IMG/VR virus record: IMGVR_UViG_3300027659_000009
Coordinates: 1 to 64,000 of that record
DNA: 64,000 nt
Source of the DNA: a virus
Strand: one strand, 5' to 3'
The notes under the pieces are model-generated. The model ran no database searches. It was given only the letters and a program-made list of their open reading frames with translations, and was not told where the DNA came from. Positions within the stretch are counted from its first letter, which is position 1; each line of letters starts with the position of its first letter. Made by a program: the position numbers and the translations under genes. Shown piece after piece: positions 50,309-58,717 of this stretch.

Positions 50309-51220
50309 ATGATTAGTTATATTGGTGGTAAGGCTAGAATATCTAAATGGATAGTTCCGTACATACCGAGAGATATTGAAACATATGTTGAACCATTCAG
50401 TGGTATGTTTTGGGTATTTTTTAAAATGGATTTAAATCACTACCCTAATTTGAAAACGGTAGTCTATAATGATTTTAATGGACTTAACTCAAACTTATTT
50501 AGTTGTTGTAAAGAATATGATAGAATGTGGGACGAAATGTCAAAGTACCCCTGTCAACAATTAGGTATTGAGGACACACCAACCACATATGAAGAAATGT
50601 TCGATGAGTATCAGAAAGAAGTTTTTCATAGTGGTATAACAATTACTGAAGATAATAAATTTGAGGTTGCAGCAAAATATGTTTATGTATTAACTCAAAT
50701 ATTCTCTGGTTCTAAACCAGAAACATCGTCATATATGGACTATAAAGGTAAATACAGATGTAAGGTATTAATCTTTATGGATAAACTTAAGGATAGAAAA
50801 TATCGTTCACACTTTGATAAAATTACATTTGTTGAAAATATGGATTTTCAGGAAGTGATTGAGAAATATGATTCTGAGAAAACATATTTTTATGTTGATC
50901 CACCGTATTGGAAAACTGAAAATTATTATTCTAATCACGATTTTGATAGAAACGATCATGAAAGATTGGCAGATTCATTAAAATCTATTAGTGGTAAATT
51001 TTCTCTTAGTTATTATGATTTTCCTATATTAAGGGTTTGGTTTCCTAAACACGAATATGTTTGGGAAATGAAAGAATTTGCTAAAGCCGCATCAGCAAAA
51101 AGTGGTGTGAAGCAAAATATGGGTGAAGAACTGTTAGTTATGAACTACGGAGAAAACCAAAATATATTACCTGTTTTCGGAGAACAGTTAGATTTGTTTA
51201 AACATTCATTTTTATTATAA
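50309..51220 (+). CDS. Dam-like (D12, alpha-class) DNA adenine methyltransferase
   Basis: YIGGK, YVEPFSG, YND, YVDPPY. Confidence 0.92.
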   Translation: MISYIGGKARISKWIVPYIPRDIETYVEPFSGMFWVFFKMDLNHYPNLKTVVYNDFNGLNSNLFSCCKEYDRMWDEMSKYPCQQLGIEDTPTTYEEMFDEYQKEVFHSGITITEDNKFEVAAKYVYVLTQIFSGSKPETSSYMDYKGKYRCKVLIFMDKLKDRKYRSHFDKITFVENMDFQEVIEKYDSEKTYFYVDPPYWKTENYYSNHDFDRNDHERLADSLKSISGKFSLSYYDFPILRVWFPKHEYVWEMKEFAKAASAKSGVKQNMGEELLVMNYGENQNILPVFGEQLDLFKHSFLL

Positions 51221-51221
51221 T

Positions 51222-52136
51222 ATGGCAAAAAGACCAAAAAGAAAAGTAGATGTCGTTCAAGGAGTTTTGTTCGATCTAAAAGAGTACACAACTGGTGTTA
51301 CTGAGGTTGAAATAACTAAAGATGTCTTTAGTGATGTGGAAGAAATATATGGGGTAACAAATTCTACTGATGTAGGGTTACTCACAAATGAAATATATTG
51401 TGGTGATACAGTTGAGACTATGAAATTGATTAATGATAAATCTATAAGACTTATATTAACTTCACCACCATACTTGGCTTCTATTAGGAAAGACAATCAT
51501 AAGTATCCTGGTGCTAAGGATATCATTAAAGATAACCAACCAGTTAAAGAGTATTTAAGTTGGTTGGTGGAAGTATTTAAAGAATATGAGAGAATATTAA
51601 CTGACGATGGTGTTATTGTTTTTAATTATAGTTATACCACTTTTAATCCTTCGTTACCATACATTTTGATTAATGAAGTTTTTGAAAATACGGGATTAGA
51701 GATATATGATACTGCATCTTGGAAAAAGAAATCTTGTGTACCAATAAGTGGGCACCCAAATAGATTGACTAGAATTGTTGAGATGGTGTACATATTTGCA
51801 AAGACACCTAACTTCAATGCGAATAAAAAAGTTGTAACTATTTCTAAAACGGGTCAAAGATATTACAAAACCTACTTTAACTTTATTGAGGCAAAAAATA
51901 ATGATGGAAAGGTTGAGGGTCATGAGGCGACATTCTCATCTGAATTCGCTAAGTTCTTTATTGACTTATACTCTGAACCAAATGATATCGTTCTTGATAA
52001 TTTTTCAGGTACTGGTACCACACCATATGCGTCATCTAAAATGGGTAGACAGTTTATTGGTATTGATTTAGTTGAGGATTACTGTGATTATGCTAGAGAT
52101 CGTATGCAAAAACTTTATGAAGAAAGAAACAAATAA
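51222..52136 (+). CDS. Beta-class N4-cytosine/N6-adenine DNA methyltransferase
   Basis: TSPPY before LDNFSGTGTT (motif IV before motif I). Confidence 0.92.
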   Translation: MAKRPKRKVDVVQGVLFDLKEYTTGVTEVEITKDVFSDVEEIYGVTNSTDVGLLTNEIYCGDTVETMKLINDKSIRLILTSPPYLASIRKDNHKYPGAKDIIKDNQPVKEYLSWLVEVFKEYERILTDDGVIVFNYSYTTFNPSLPYILINEVFENTGLEIYDTASWKKKSCVPISGHPNRLTRIVEMVYIFAKTPNFNANKKVVTISKTGQRYYKTYFNFIEAKNNDGKVEGHEATFSSEFAKFFIDLYSEPNDIVLDNFSGTGTTPYASSKMGRQFIGIDLVEDYCDYARDRMQKLYEERNK

Positions 52137-52138
52137 AT

Positions 52139-52169
52139 TTTGTTTTTTATAAATATTTTATTAACTTCG
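52139..52169 (+). promoter_or_regulatory. Bacteroidota-type promoter
   Basis: TTTG-N19-TAACTTCG. Confidence 0.55.
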
Positions 52170-52185
52170 TACCAAACTATAATAA

Positions 52186-52587
52186 ATGAGTGAGACGTTA
52201 ATTAAGAAACTTAAAGATTATTTAGATGAAAAACCAAACTACGAAAAGTTTGTAATTCTTTATGATGAGATGTCATATGATTTAGATTTCATTAAAAATC
52301 TTTATCCAGATGAACTTAAAACGTTTCAGGATTTAAAATTTACCCCACACAAAAACAATTTTTATGACACCGATAAAGGAGTGCAAGCCCTTCTTAACTT
52401 TGATAACGGACATTACGTATCTGTTATTGGGGGAAGTGTTGGGTTTTATGGTGATGGTGTTAATACCTTTGAGGTAGGATATCCTTTACCTGATGATAGT
52501 ATTGATGTTGCTGGTTGGTTAGAACCTGAAGAGGTGACAGAAATGATGTTTAAAATACAAATGAGAAAACCTTTAAAAAATGAGTAG
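52186..52587 (+). CDS. Conserved phage hypothetical protein
   Basis: FDNGHYVSVI..YGDG..FEV..DVAGWL..EV motif. Confidence 0.6.
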   Translation: MSETLIKKLKDYLDEKPNYEKFVILYDEMSYDLDFIKNLYPDELKTFQDLKFTPHKNNFYDTDKGVQALLNFDNGHYVSVIGGSVGFYGDGVNTFEVGYPLPDDSIDVAGWLEPEEVTEMMFKIQMRKPLKNE

Positions 52588-52626
52588 TAAAAGTGAAATT
52601 ATCGGTATTTTAGAGGAAATGGTTTA

Positions 52627-52676
52627 ATAACGTCCGATGATAAACAATCGTTTTAATGTTGTTTATCATTTGTTAT
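52627..52676. repeat. attC-like imperfect inverted repeat (TAAC...GTTA)
   Basis: ATAAC-gtccg-ATGATAAACAA-N11-TTGTTTATCAT-tt-GTTAT. Confidence 0.55.
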
Positions 52677-52704
52677 ATTTTTAGTTATTAATTTGTTTTA
52701 TCCT

Positions 52705-53052
52705 ATGAATTATAGATATAAAAAAATAGATGAGAAATCAAAAATAATTACCGATGGATTGGGTTGTGGTATTGATGAAGGTATTAGAGAATTAATTGTT
52801 TTATTGAATTATAACAACATTGGGACAACACAATCTTGTTGGGGACATAAAAATTGGGGTGAAAATTTTCCTTGGTTTGATATTGATAGTAGTTATTATA
52901 AGAATATTGAAAATATTATTTTTGATTTGGAAATTGAAATTGAAAAACTCGGTGTTGATACAATACGATTTTATCCAAAGTGTAAAACATTAATAAAGGG
53001 TAGAAAAGAGTTCAACAAGTTAAAAGACAAACTAAAACAAATTAATAATTAA
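52705..53052 (+). CDS. Hypothetical protein with TYW3-like IDxxI...TTQSCxGH motif
   Basis: IDEGIRELIVLLN..GTTQSCWGH; ATG start 52705 preferred. Confidence 0.5.
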   Translation: MNYRYKKIDEKSKIITDGLGCGIDEGIRELIVLLNYNNIGTTQSCWGHKNWGENFPWFDIDSSYYKNIENIIFDLEIEIEKLGVDTIRFYPKCKTLIKGRKEFNKLKDKLKQINN

Positions 53053-53374
53053 ATATAACTATTGTATCACCGTCCACTTCGATTTTATATTTATCTGGAG
53101 ATAAGTTAGTGTAATAGATTTTTAAATATTCTAACATGTCTCCTTTTTTTTGTGGGACATCTAATTGTCTTATTTTAGATTTTTTATCTTTTGGTTTTAC
53201 CCACTCTTCTATATTAGATTTTTTTGAATTTTTTAAGAAGTCTATTTCGTCAGTAAATAACCATTTTTTACCCTTACCACATTTTTTATAATAAACGGAA
53301 CCACCGATATCTCTAACTTGAAATACACATCTTTCTTTTTCTTCGTTTAAAATATCTAATAATTTTAATGACAT
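53042..53374 (-). CDS. Hypothetical protein with ILNE leader
   Basis: MSLKLLDILNEE; reverse-strand TATTTAT at 53380-53386. Confidence 0.6.
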   Translation of the reverse strand: MSLKLLDILNEEKERCVFQVRDIGGSVYYKKCGKGKKWLFTDEIDFLKNSKKSNIEEWVKPKDKKSKIRQLDVPQKKGDMLEYLKIYYTNLSPDKYKIEVDGDTIVIFNY

Positions 53375-53387
53375 ATGTAATAAATAT

Positions 53388-53416
53388 TTGATTTTATAAA
53401 TAAGTATCAGTATACT
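53388..53416 (+). promoter_or_regulatory. TTGATT-N17-TATACT promoter of tmRNA unit
   Basis: Seen directly. Confidence 0.6.
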
Positions 53417-53533
53417 TATATATGAGTTTAACGAAACAGTTATTTGAAAAGAGTAAGATGTACGATGATCGTGAAATTGATCATTATGATATTATTTCTT
53501 ATAACAAAGGTTACGATAAATCATTAAAGAAAA

Positions 53534-53543
53534 GTTCTTTGAA
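53534..53543 (+). promoter_or_regulatory. boxA-like element
   Basis: GTTCTTTGAA 4 nt before tmRNA 5' end. Confidence 0.55.
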
Positions 53544-53547
53544 AAAT

Positions 53548-53915
53548 GGGGGTGTATTGGCTTTGACTTCTCGTAAGAAGAATAGGCGTAAGCGTGTCGT
53601 GGTAGAGCGTTAATCTAAAACAAACAATAGTCGGCAACGATACAAAAATGGGCTTAGCCCTAAACGAAAACATTCTTTTGAATGGTACTGTAGGTACAAT
53701 TGCAAAAGAAGAGGTTGTATTCGCCTAATCGAGTAATACATACAGGTTATTATCTTTTTGAACCTTTATAAATAAGAAGACTGAGGATTAGTTGTTAGTA
53801 AACCGAACAGTGTAATAAGGGAACTGTCTATTTTGTCAATTTAGAAAAATTGACTACACACGTAGAAATCCGTTTGGACATAAGAAGGACGGGGGTTCGA
53901 AACCCCCCACCTCCA
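53548..53915 (+). ncRNA. ssrA: tmRNA (one-piece, no encoded CCA), predicted tag (A)GNDTKMGLALNENILLNGTVGTIAKEEVVFA*
   Basis: 5' GGGGGTG-TATTGGCTTTGAC; 3' GAC-GGGGG-TTCGAAA-CCCCC-CACCTCC-A; G3:U70; AATAGTC|GGC resume context at 53633; stop 53726-53728. Confidence 0.93.
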
Positions 53916-53916
53916 C

Positions 53917-53980
53917 GCTATAGGTTTCTTTGTTCCTTAAAAACAAAGTGGTGGAACCGTCAGATAGAAATCCTATCGGC
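53917..53980 (+). ncRNA. Small structured element co-transcribed after tmRNA
   Basis: ATAGG/CCTAT, TTTCT/AGAAA, CTTTGTT/AACAAAG helices. Confidence 0.4.
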
Positions 53981-53991
53981 CCCAATTTTAT

Positions 53992-54023
53992 AATACCCCC
54001 ATATTTTTTGGGGGTATTTATTA
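53992..54023 (+). terminator. Intrinsic terminator
   Basis: AATACCCCCA-N7-TGGGGGTATT. Confidence 0.8.
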
Positions 54024-54048
54024 CTGAATATAAACTTTATTTATTGAT

Positions 54049-54076
54049 TTGACTTTCATTATAAAAACGTTATAAT
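54049..54076 (+). promoter_or_regulatory. TTGACT-N16-TATAAT promoter
   Basis: Seen directly. Confidence 0.6.
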
Positions 54077-54082
54077 TGTAAT

Positions 54083-54259
54083 ATGGGAAAGTTTTTTAAT
54101 TATCATAAAAGTAAAGATATTTTTTGGTTTAGGTTATTCGGTTACGGAATATCCTTAACAAAACGATTCACATTTAGCCAAAGATACGGTTTAAAAAAAT
54201 ATATTTATCTTTTTGGTTATGTTATAAGTTTTTTAAAACCATATAGTTATCATAGATGA
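54083..54259 (+). CDS. 58-aa hypothetical protein (not in ORF track)
   Basis: MGKFFNYHKSKDIFWFRLFGYG...; after promoter, ATGA overlap with next gene. Confidence 0.55.
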   Translation: MGKFFNYHKSKDIFWFRLFGYGISLTKRFTFSQRYGLKKYIYLFGYVISFLKPYSYHR

Positions 54260-54594
54260 AAAAGCGTTTAAAAAAAATAAGTTGGGAGACTAGAAAGTTT
54301 CATTTATTATTTAACTTAATTACTTTAAAGTTAAATGATCACTTTAGTAGTTGGGGTATTAATTTTTTTAATATTATTAAAAATCATAATTCATACTCAC
54401 TATTTTCTTTTGAGTTTAAATTACCAAACAAAACTAACATCCCTAAGTTTAGAGTAACTAAGTGGGATATATTATTTTTAAGGACTCCATTACTTTCAGT
54501 TTATGAGGACTTATGTGAAAAAAATATTTGGGGTGATGATTTATCTCGAATAGATAAAATAAATTTAAAAATTTTAGAAAGATTATTTAGATAA
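54256..54594 (+). CDS. Hypothetical protein
   Basis: 112-aa ORF. Confidence 0.55.
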   Translation: MKKRLKKISWETRKFHLLFNLITLKLNDHFSSWGINFFNIIKNHNSYSLFSFEFKLPNKTNIPKFRVTKWDILFLRTPLLSVYEDLCEKNIWGDDLSRIDKINLKILERLFR

Positions 54595-54595
54595 T

Positions 54596-55231
54596 ATGGA
54601 AATAAAATTCGCAGACACATTCAGTAAGAGTTTAAAAAAATTAATGTGGCATGAGAGTAAGATTTATAAATTTTATTCTTTTTTTAGACGTGATATTTGG
54701 CGTTTTATAAAAAACGTATGGAGATTTAGAAAACCATTGTCGAAACACTACTGGTGGGATCATCACGGGACATTAATGTTTATGGAGGTTGGTTTAACCC
54801 ATATGTCTGAAAACATAGAAAAAAAGGGAATAGAAATAGAAATATCAAGGTTGAAAAAGGTTGAGTCTATGAAACGTGCCGTACAGATAATTAAAAATTA
54901 TAATGAGGGTAACTACATTGAAATGGCAGAATCTGAGATTGGGTCATTACACCTTCACGATTGGGAGTTTGAGGAAGTGCCAGATAAACCTAAGTTATCT
55001 AGATTAGTAGAAAAGAATACTGAAGAAGAAGATAAACATAATAGTAAAGTTTTTGAACTGTCCCGTAAAATTGAGGAAAAAGAATGGAAAGAACTATTCA
55101 AAATTTTAAAAGGTCAGGATTATAAAGATTATAAAAAGTTTGAGAAAACTTTAACTGAGGAAGAGAAAAAAGAAACAGATCGATATTACAAATGGTTTAA
55201 TGGTTCAGGACTTAAGGGTTGGTGGGACTAA
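54596..55231 (+). CDS. Conserved phage hypothetical protein (ends GLKGWWD)
   Basis: 211-aa ORF with WWD motifs. Confidence 0.65.
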   Translation: MEIKFADTFSKSLKKLMWHESKIYKFYSFFRRDIWRFIKNVWRFRKPLSKHYWWDHHGTLMFMEVGLTHMSENIEKKGIEIEISRLKKVESMKRAVQIIKNYNEGNYIEMAESEIGSLHLHDWEFEEVPDKPKLSRLVEKNTEEEDKHNSKVFELSRKIEEKEWKELFKILKGQDYKDYKKFEKTLTEEEKKETDRYYKWFNGSGLKGWWD

Positions 55232-55382
55232 AATTTTAAAAAATAATATTATGAGTAATATTAAAGAAGATAATAAATTGGCTATGATAGTAATAGTATT
55301 GGTATGGTTTATTTTTATCGGAATTGTTACTTATGTTATAACTATTTAAAAAATAATATGTATATTTGTAAAAAAAAATACT

Positions 55383-55544
55383 ATGCCACCTAAAGATTAT
55401 TACAAAAGAAAGTTTGATAAGATAGTTGATTCTTATATAGAGATGATGTCAGATTTAGATAAAGTTAAAAAATTAGATAGGGAAAGGTTAATTAAATATT
55501 TGGCATTATCCGCATTAGATTATGTTAACAAATACCCCAACTAA
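55383..55544 (+). CDS. 53-aa hypothetical protein (not in ORF track)
   Basis: MPPKDYYKRKFDKIV...; after TATATTTG, abuts next ATG. Confidence 0.5.
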   Translation: MPPKDYYKRKFDKIVDSYIEMMSDLDKVKKLDRERLIKYLALSALDYVNKYPN

Positions 55545-55727
55545 ATGGTTAGAGTAATTTTCCCACATGAAACTTATTATGATGAAATACTTAATTTCAA
55601 TTGGGATGAATTTAAACCTGTTAAAATTTTAGGTGACTGTGTTTTTGGGTGGTATCAAGAAGTATATGTTTGTGTAAATAAAAATGATTATGAATCAAAA
55701 GACGATAGGACAAATGACGATAAGTGA
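55545..55727 (+). CDS. Small hypothetical protein
   Basis: 60-aa ORF. Confidence 0.5.
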   Translation: MVRVIFPHETYYDEILNFNWDEFKPVKILGDCVFGWYQEVYVCVNKNDYESKDDRTNDDK

Positions 55728-55845
55728 GGTATATCCTCATTTAAAGGTTATAGCACACGCATATGGTTTGCGTTTAAATAGGGTAAAAGAATTAAAATTC
55801 GCTAGATTAATTTTGTCAAACTTATACTGTAGAGATTTATGTTAA
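55690..55845 (+). CDS. 51-aa hypothetical protein (not in ORF track)
   Basis: MNQKTIGQMTISEVYPHLKVIAHAYGLRLNRV... Confidence 0.45.
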   Translation: MNQKTIGQMTISEVYPHLKVIAHAYGLRLNRVKELKFARLILSNLYCRDLC

Positions 55846-55969
55846 AAAGAATAAAAACAAAATTAAAGAGTTGGTGGAGAAAACACATTATTAATGTTTG
55901 TCCATCTGAATTAGAGGATATTGAGTTTTCCGAAAAATTTAGAAAATAAAAACAAAAAAACATAAAAAA

Positions 55970-56482
55970 ATGGGAATTAAAAAAAGTTTTATTGAGATGA
56001 TTAAAAGTGGGTATCCTGATTTTGATCCACAAAACGACACAGTTGAAATTGAATTTGAAGGTGGTGGAGACTCTTTTGGGTCTTTTTCATATATAGGAAT
56101 CTACCCTCACAAACACAATGAAGGTAGTTTAGATTTGAATGATCATTTGAATCTATTATTTCAAATTTTAGATGAGTCTGGTGTCGAATATAATTGGAAT
56201 AACGCAGGTACTTCTGGTAAGATAGAATACAATATGAATTCTGAACAAGAGATTACTGTTAGTACTATTGTTAGTGAAGAGTATTGGGGTGAAATTTATG
56301 AGGAAGACGAAGAAGATAATAAAATTTGGGATACAACATTAGGTGATGGTTTAGATGATGAAACGAATGAAACCAATCATCAAAACAATGATACCATCTA
56401 TTGGGATGGAACAGTAGAGGGTTCACCTATTGAAACTAATCAAGAAGATATTGATAAATCAAATACTGACACAAATGGCTAA
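55970..56482 (+). CDS. DUF6878-like protein with acidic tail
   Basis: VEIEFEGGGDS...WNNAGTSG; adjacent to DUF6915-like gene. Confidence 0.55.
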   Translation: MGIKKSFIEMIKSGYPDFDPQNDTVEIEFEGGGDSFGSFSYIGIYPHKHNEGSLDLNDHLNLLFQILDESGVEYNWNNAGTSGKIEYNMNSEQEITVSTIVSEEYWGEIYEEDEEDNKIWDTTLGDGLDDETNETNHQNNDTIYWDGTVEGSPIETNQEDIDKSNTDTNG

Positions 56483-56879
56483 CCCATTAGTACATTCCAA
56501 ATCTTCCGTAAGACTGTGGGGTGGTAATGTAGAAGATTACTTACCACTACATAATAAAATGGATGTCTCTAAAAAATACTTTAGTGATAATAGACATAGG
56601 GTGTTAACCCATAATATGTTTTTCATATTTGAAGTAATGATACCTATATTTGGGGAATATATAACAAACTCTGATGGTAAAACTGTATCAGTTAAAGATA
56701 TATGTGAATACCATATCTTAGAGGATTACGGTAAAAAGTTTATACCTAATGTATCCGATTTTTTACAGGAAATGGAGATTAAATCTTGGATGGCGAATGG
56801 TTTGGGTGAATCACCTTCTTCACAAAAAAAAGTTATCAGTGAAGTGGGGAGAATACATAAGATGGTTTTAAAAGATTAA
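56475..56879 (+). CDS. DUF6915-like His-rich protein
   Basis: MANPLVHSKSSVRLWGG..DYLPLH..RHRVLTH..EYHILED. Confidence 0.7.
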   Translation: MANPLVHSKSSVRLWGGNVEDYLPLHNKMDVSKKYFSDNRHRVLTHNMFFIFEVMIPIFGEYITNSDGKTVSVKDICEYHILEDYGKKFIPNVSDFLQEMEIKSWMANGLGESPSSQKKVISEVGRIHKMVLKD

Positions 56880-56881
56880 AT

Positions 56882-57187
56882 ATGTTTGAAGTAATTGGTA
56901 AGGTAACTGTATTGGTTTTATTTTTTTCGGTTATATTCCTCCAATACCTATTAATGATCACAGGTGTGGTAAGAAAAGATTTAAATAAAATAGAAAAAAC
57001 TATTGGTTGGATACCTTTATTACCATTTATATTAATGTTTTTAGTGTTTATTATTTTTATAATTGAAAATATGTGGTACAGTTTTAAAAAATGGTTTGAG
57101 ATTAATTTAGGATGGTTTTTTATTAATGGTAGAAAACAAAATCAGTGGGGTGAATATTTAAGAGACAAATATGGGAATGACAAATAA
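56882..57187 (+). CDS. Membrane protein
   Basis: Two TM segments; WFEINLGWFFINGRKQ tail. Confidence 0.6.
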   Translation: MFEVIGKVTVLVLFFSVIFLQYLLMITGVVRKDLNKIEKTIGWIPLLPFILMFLVFIIFIIENMWYSFKKWFEINLGWFFINGRKQNQWGEYLRDKYGNDK

Positions 57188-57201
57188 AAAAGGTTAAAAT
57201 A

Positions 57202-57233
57202 TTTGTTTTTATGGAAATTAATAACTATATTTG
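57202..57233 (+). promoter_or_regulatory. Bacteroidota-type promoter
   Basis: TTTG-N20-TATATTTG. Confidence 0.7.
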
Positions 57234-57258
57234 TTTACTAAATTAATATAAATATATT

Positions 57259-57423
57259 ATGGGAGTTCCACAAATTATCTTACTAAGTCTTATTGGACTT
57301 AACTTATTAATCTCTTCTTATTTACACGGTAAACCAAAGGAAGGGAATCACAGTGTCTTTGTTTCAATCGTAGGTGTAACAATATATCTAACATTGTTAT
57401 ATTTTGGAGGTTTTTTTGATTAA
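57259..57423 (+). CDS. 54-aa two-TM membrane protein (not in ORF track)
   Basis: MGVPQIILL...HGKPK...YFGGFFD. Confidence 0.6.
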   Translation: MGVPQIILLSLIGLNLLISSYLHGKPKEGNHSVFVSIVGVTIYLTLLYFGGFFD

Positions 57424-57425
57424 TT

Positions 57426-58118
57426 ATGAAAAAGAAGATATCATTTATTAGTGATACGCACACCAAACACGAAAAACTAAACGGTTTTTTACCTGGCGGA
57501 GATATCCTTATTTGTGCGGGTGACATATCTAGTAGAGGGTATATTACTGAGATTGAAAACTTTTTAAAGTGGTTTGATAGTATAGACAATTACGACTTTA
57601 AAGTTTTTATCGCAGGAAATCACGATTTTGGGTTTGAAACCGATTATGAAAAACTTATAGGTTTATTGACAGGGTATAAAAATATCGACTATCTTCAAGA
57701 TGAAAGAATGGAACTTTGGGATGGTGAAGATCAACAGTTAGTAATCTATGGAACACCTTGGCAACCAGAGTTTTTTGAATGGGCATTTAATTTACCTAGA
57801 GGTGAAAAGTTAAAAGAGAAATGGGATATGATTCCTGTGGATACGGATATACTTATCACTCACGGACCACCTTTTGGGAAGTTAGATTATGTTCGTTATG
57901 GAAATGAGAACGTTGGTTGTGAAGAACTTATAAAACGTGTTGAGGAAATTAAACCTAAAATTCATATTTTTGGACATATACATGAAGGTTATGGATATGT
58001 GTTTGATGGTAATACTCACTACATTAATGCGGCAGTATTAAATGGTAGATACGAATATCGTAACAAACCAGTTAATGTGATTTGGGATACTGAAACAAAT
58101 GAAATGGAATTCGTATGA
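57426..58118 (+). CDS. Calcineurin-like metallophosphoesterase (MPPED-like)
   Basis: SDTH, AGD, AGNHD, THGPP, FGHIHE. Confidence 0.92.
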   Translation: MKKKISFISDTHTKHEKLNGFLPGGDILICAGDISSRGYITEIENFLKWFDSIDNYDFKVFIAGNHDFGFETDYEKLIGLLTGYKNIDYLQDERMELWDGEDQQLVIYGTPWQPEFFEWAFNLPRGEKLKEKWDMIPVDTDILITHGPPFGKLDYVRYGNENVGCEELIKRVEEIKPKIHIFGHIHEGYGYVFDGNTHYINAAVLNGRYEYRNKPVNVIWDTETNEMEFV

Positions 58119-58693
58119 AAGTAATATTTTTAGATCATGATGGTGTTATTTGTCTATCCACAGAGTGGGGTGGAAGACATAAGAAACAAAAAAAATGGGA
58201 TGGACGTAAGTTATCTATGTCTATGAGGGATATTCCTTTGGAGTACCGATTTGATAATTTTAATAAGAAATCCATTAAAGTACTTAATGAAATTATTGAG
58301 GAGACAGGTGCGGAAATTGTTATTTCATCTGATTGGAAATTACATGGAACACTTGAAGAACTTAGTAACTACTACGAAAGTCAAGGGATTGTTAAAAAAC
58401 CAATTGCATTAACAACTAATTTAGGACAGTGTACTTGGTACAATGATATGGTATGGGTTTGGTCTCCGAGATGGGATTTAGAAATGACTAGAGTTATTGA
58501 GATAAAACAATTTTTATACGATCACCCTGAGATTACACATTGGGTTGCAGTCGATGACTTGAATATGGGTAAAAATGGTGAGGACTGGAAGGACTGGGGT
58601 TTAGATAATTTCGTATTAACACCTTCATCTGATCAAGGGATTAAACAATCGGGAATCAAAAATAAAATATTAAAATTATTAAAAGGTGAATAA
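58115..58693 (+). CDS. HAD phosphatase of the Swiss-Army-knife RNA-repair type
   Basis: IFLDHDGV, IVISSDWK, R..EI..FL, WVAVDDL. Confidence 0.8.
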   Translation: MKVIFLDHDGVICLSTEWGGRHKKQKKWDGRKLSMSMRDIPLEYRFDNFNKKSIKVLNEIIEETGAEIVISSDWKLHGTLEELSNYYESQGIVKKPIALTTNLGQCTWYNDMVWVWSPRWDLEMTRVIEIKQFLYDHPEITHWVAVDDLNMGKNGEDWKDWGLDNFVLTPSSDQGIKQSGIKNKILKLLKGE

Positions 58694-58717
58694 AGAAAAA
58701 ATAATGGATAAAAAAAT

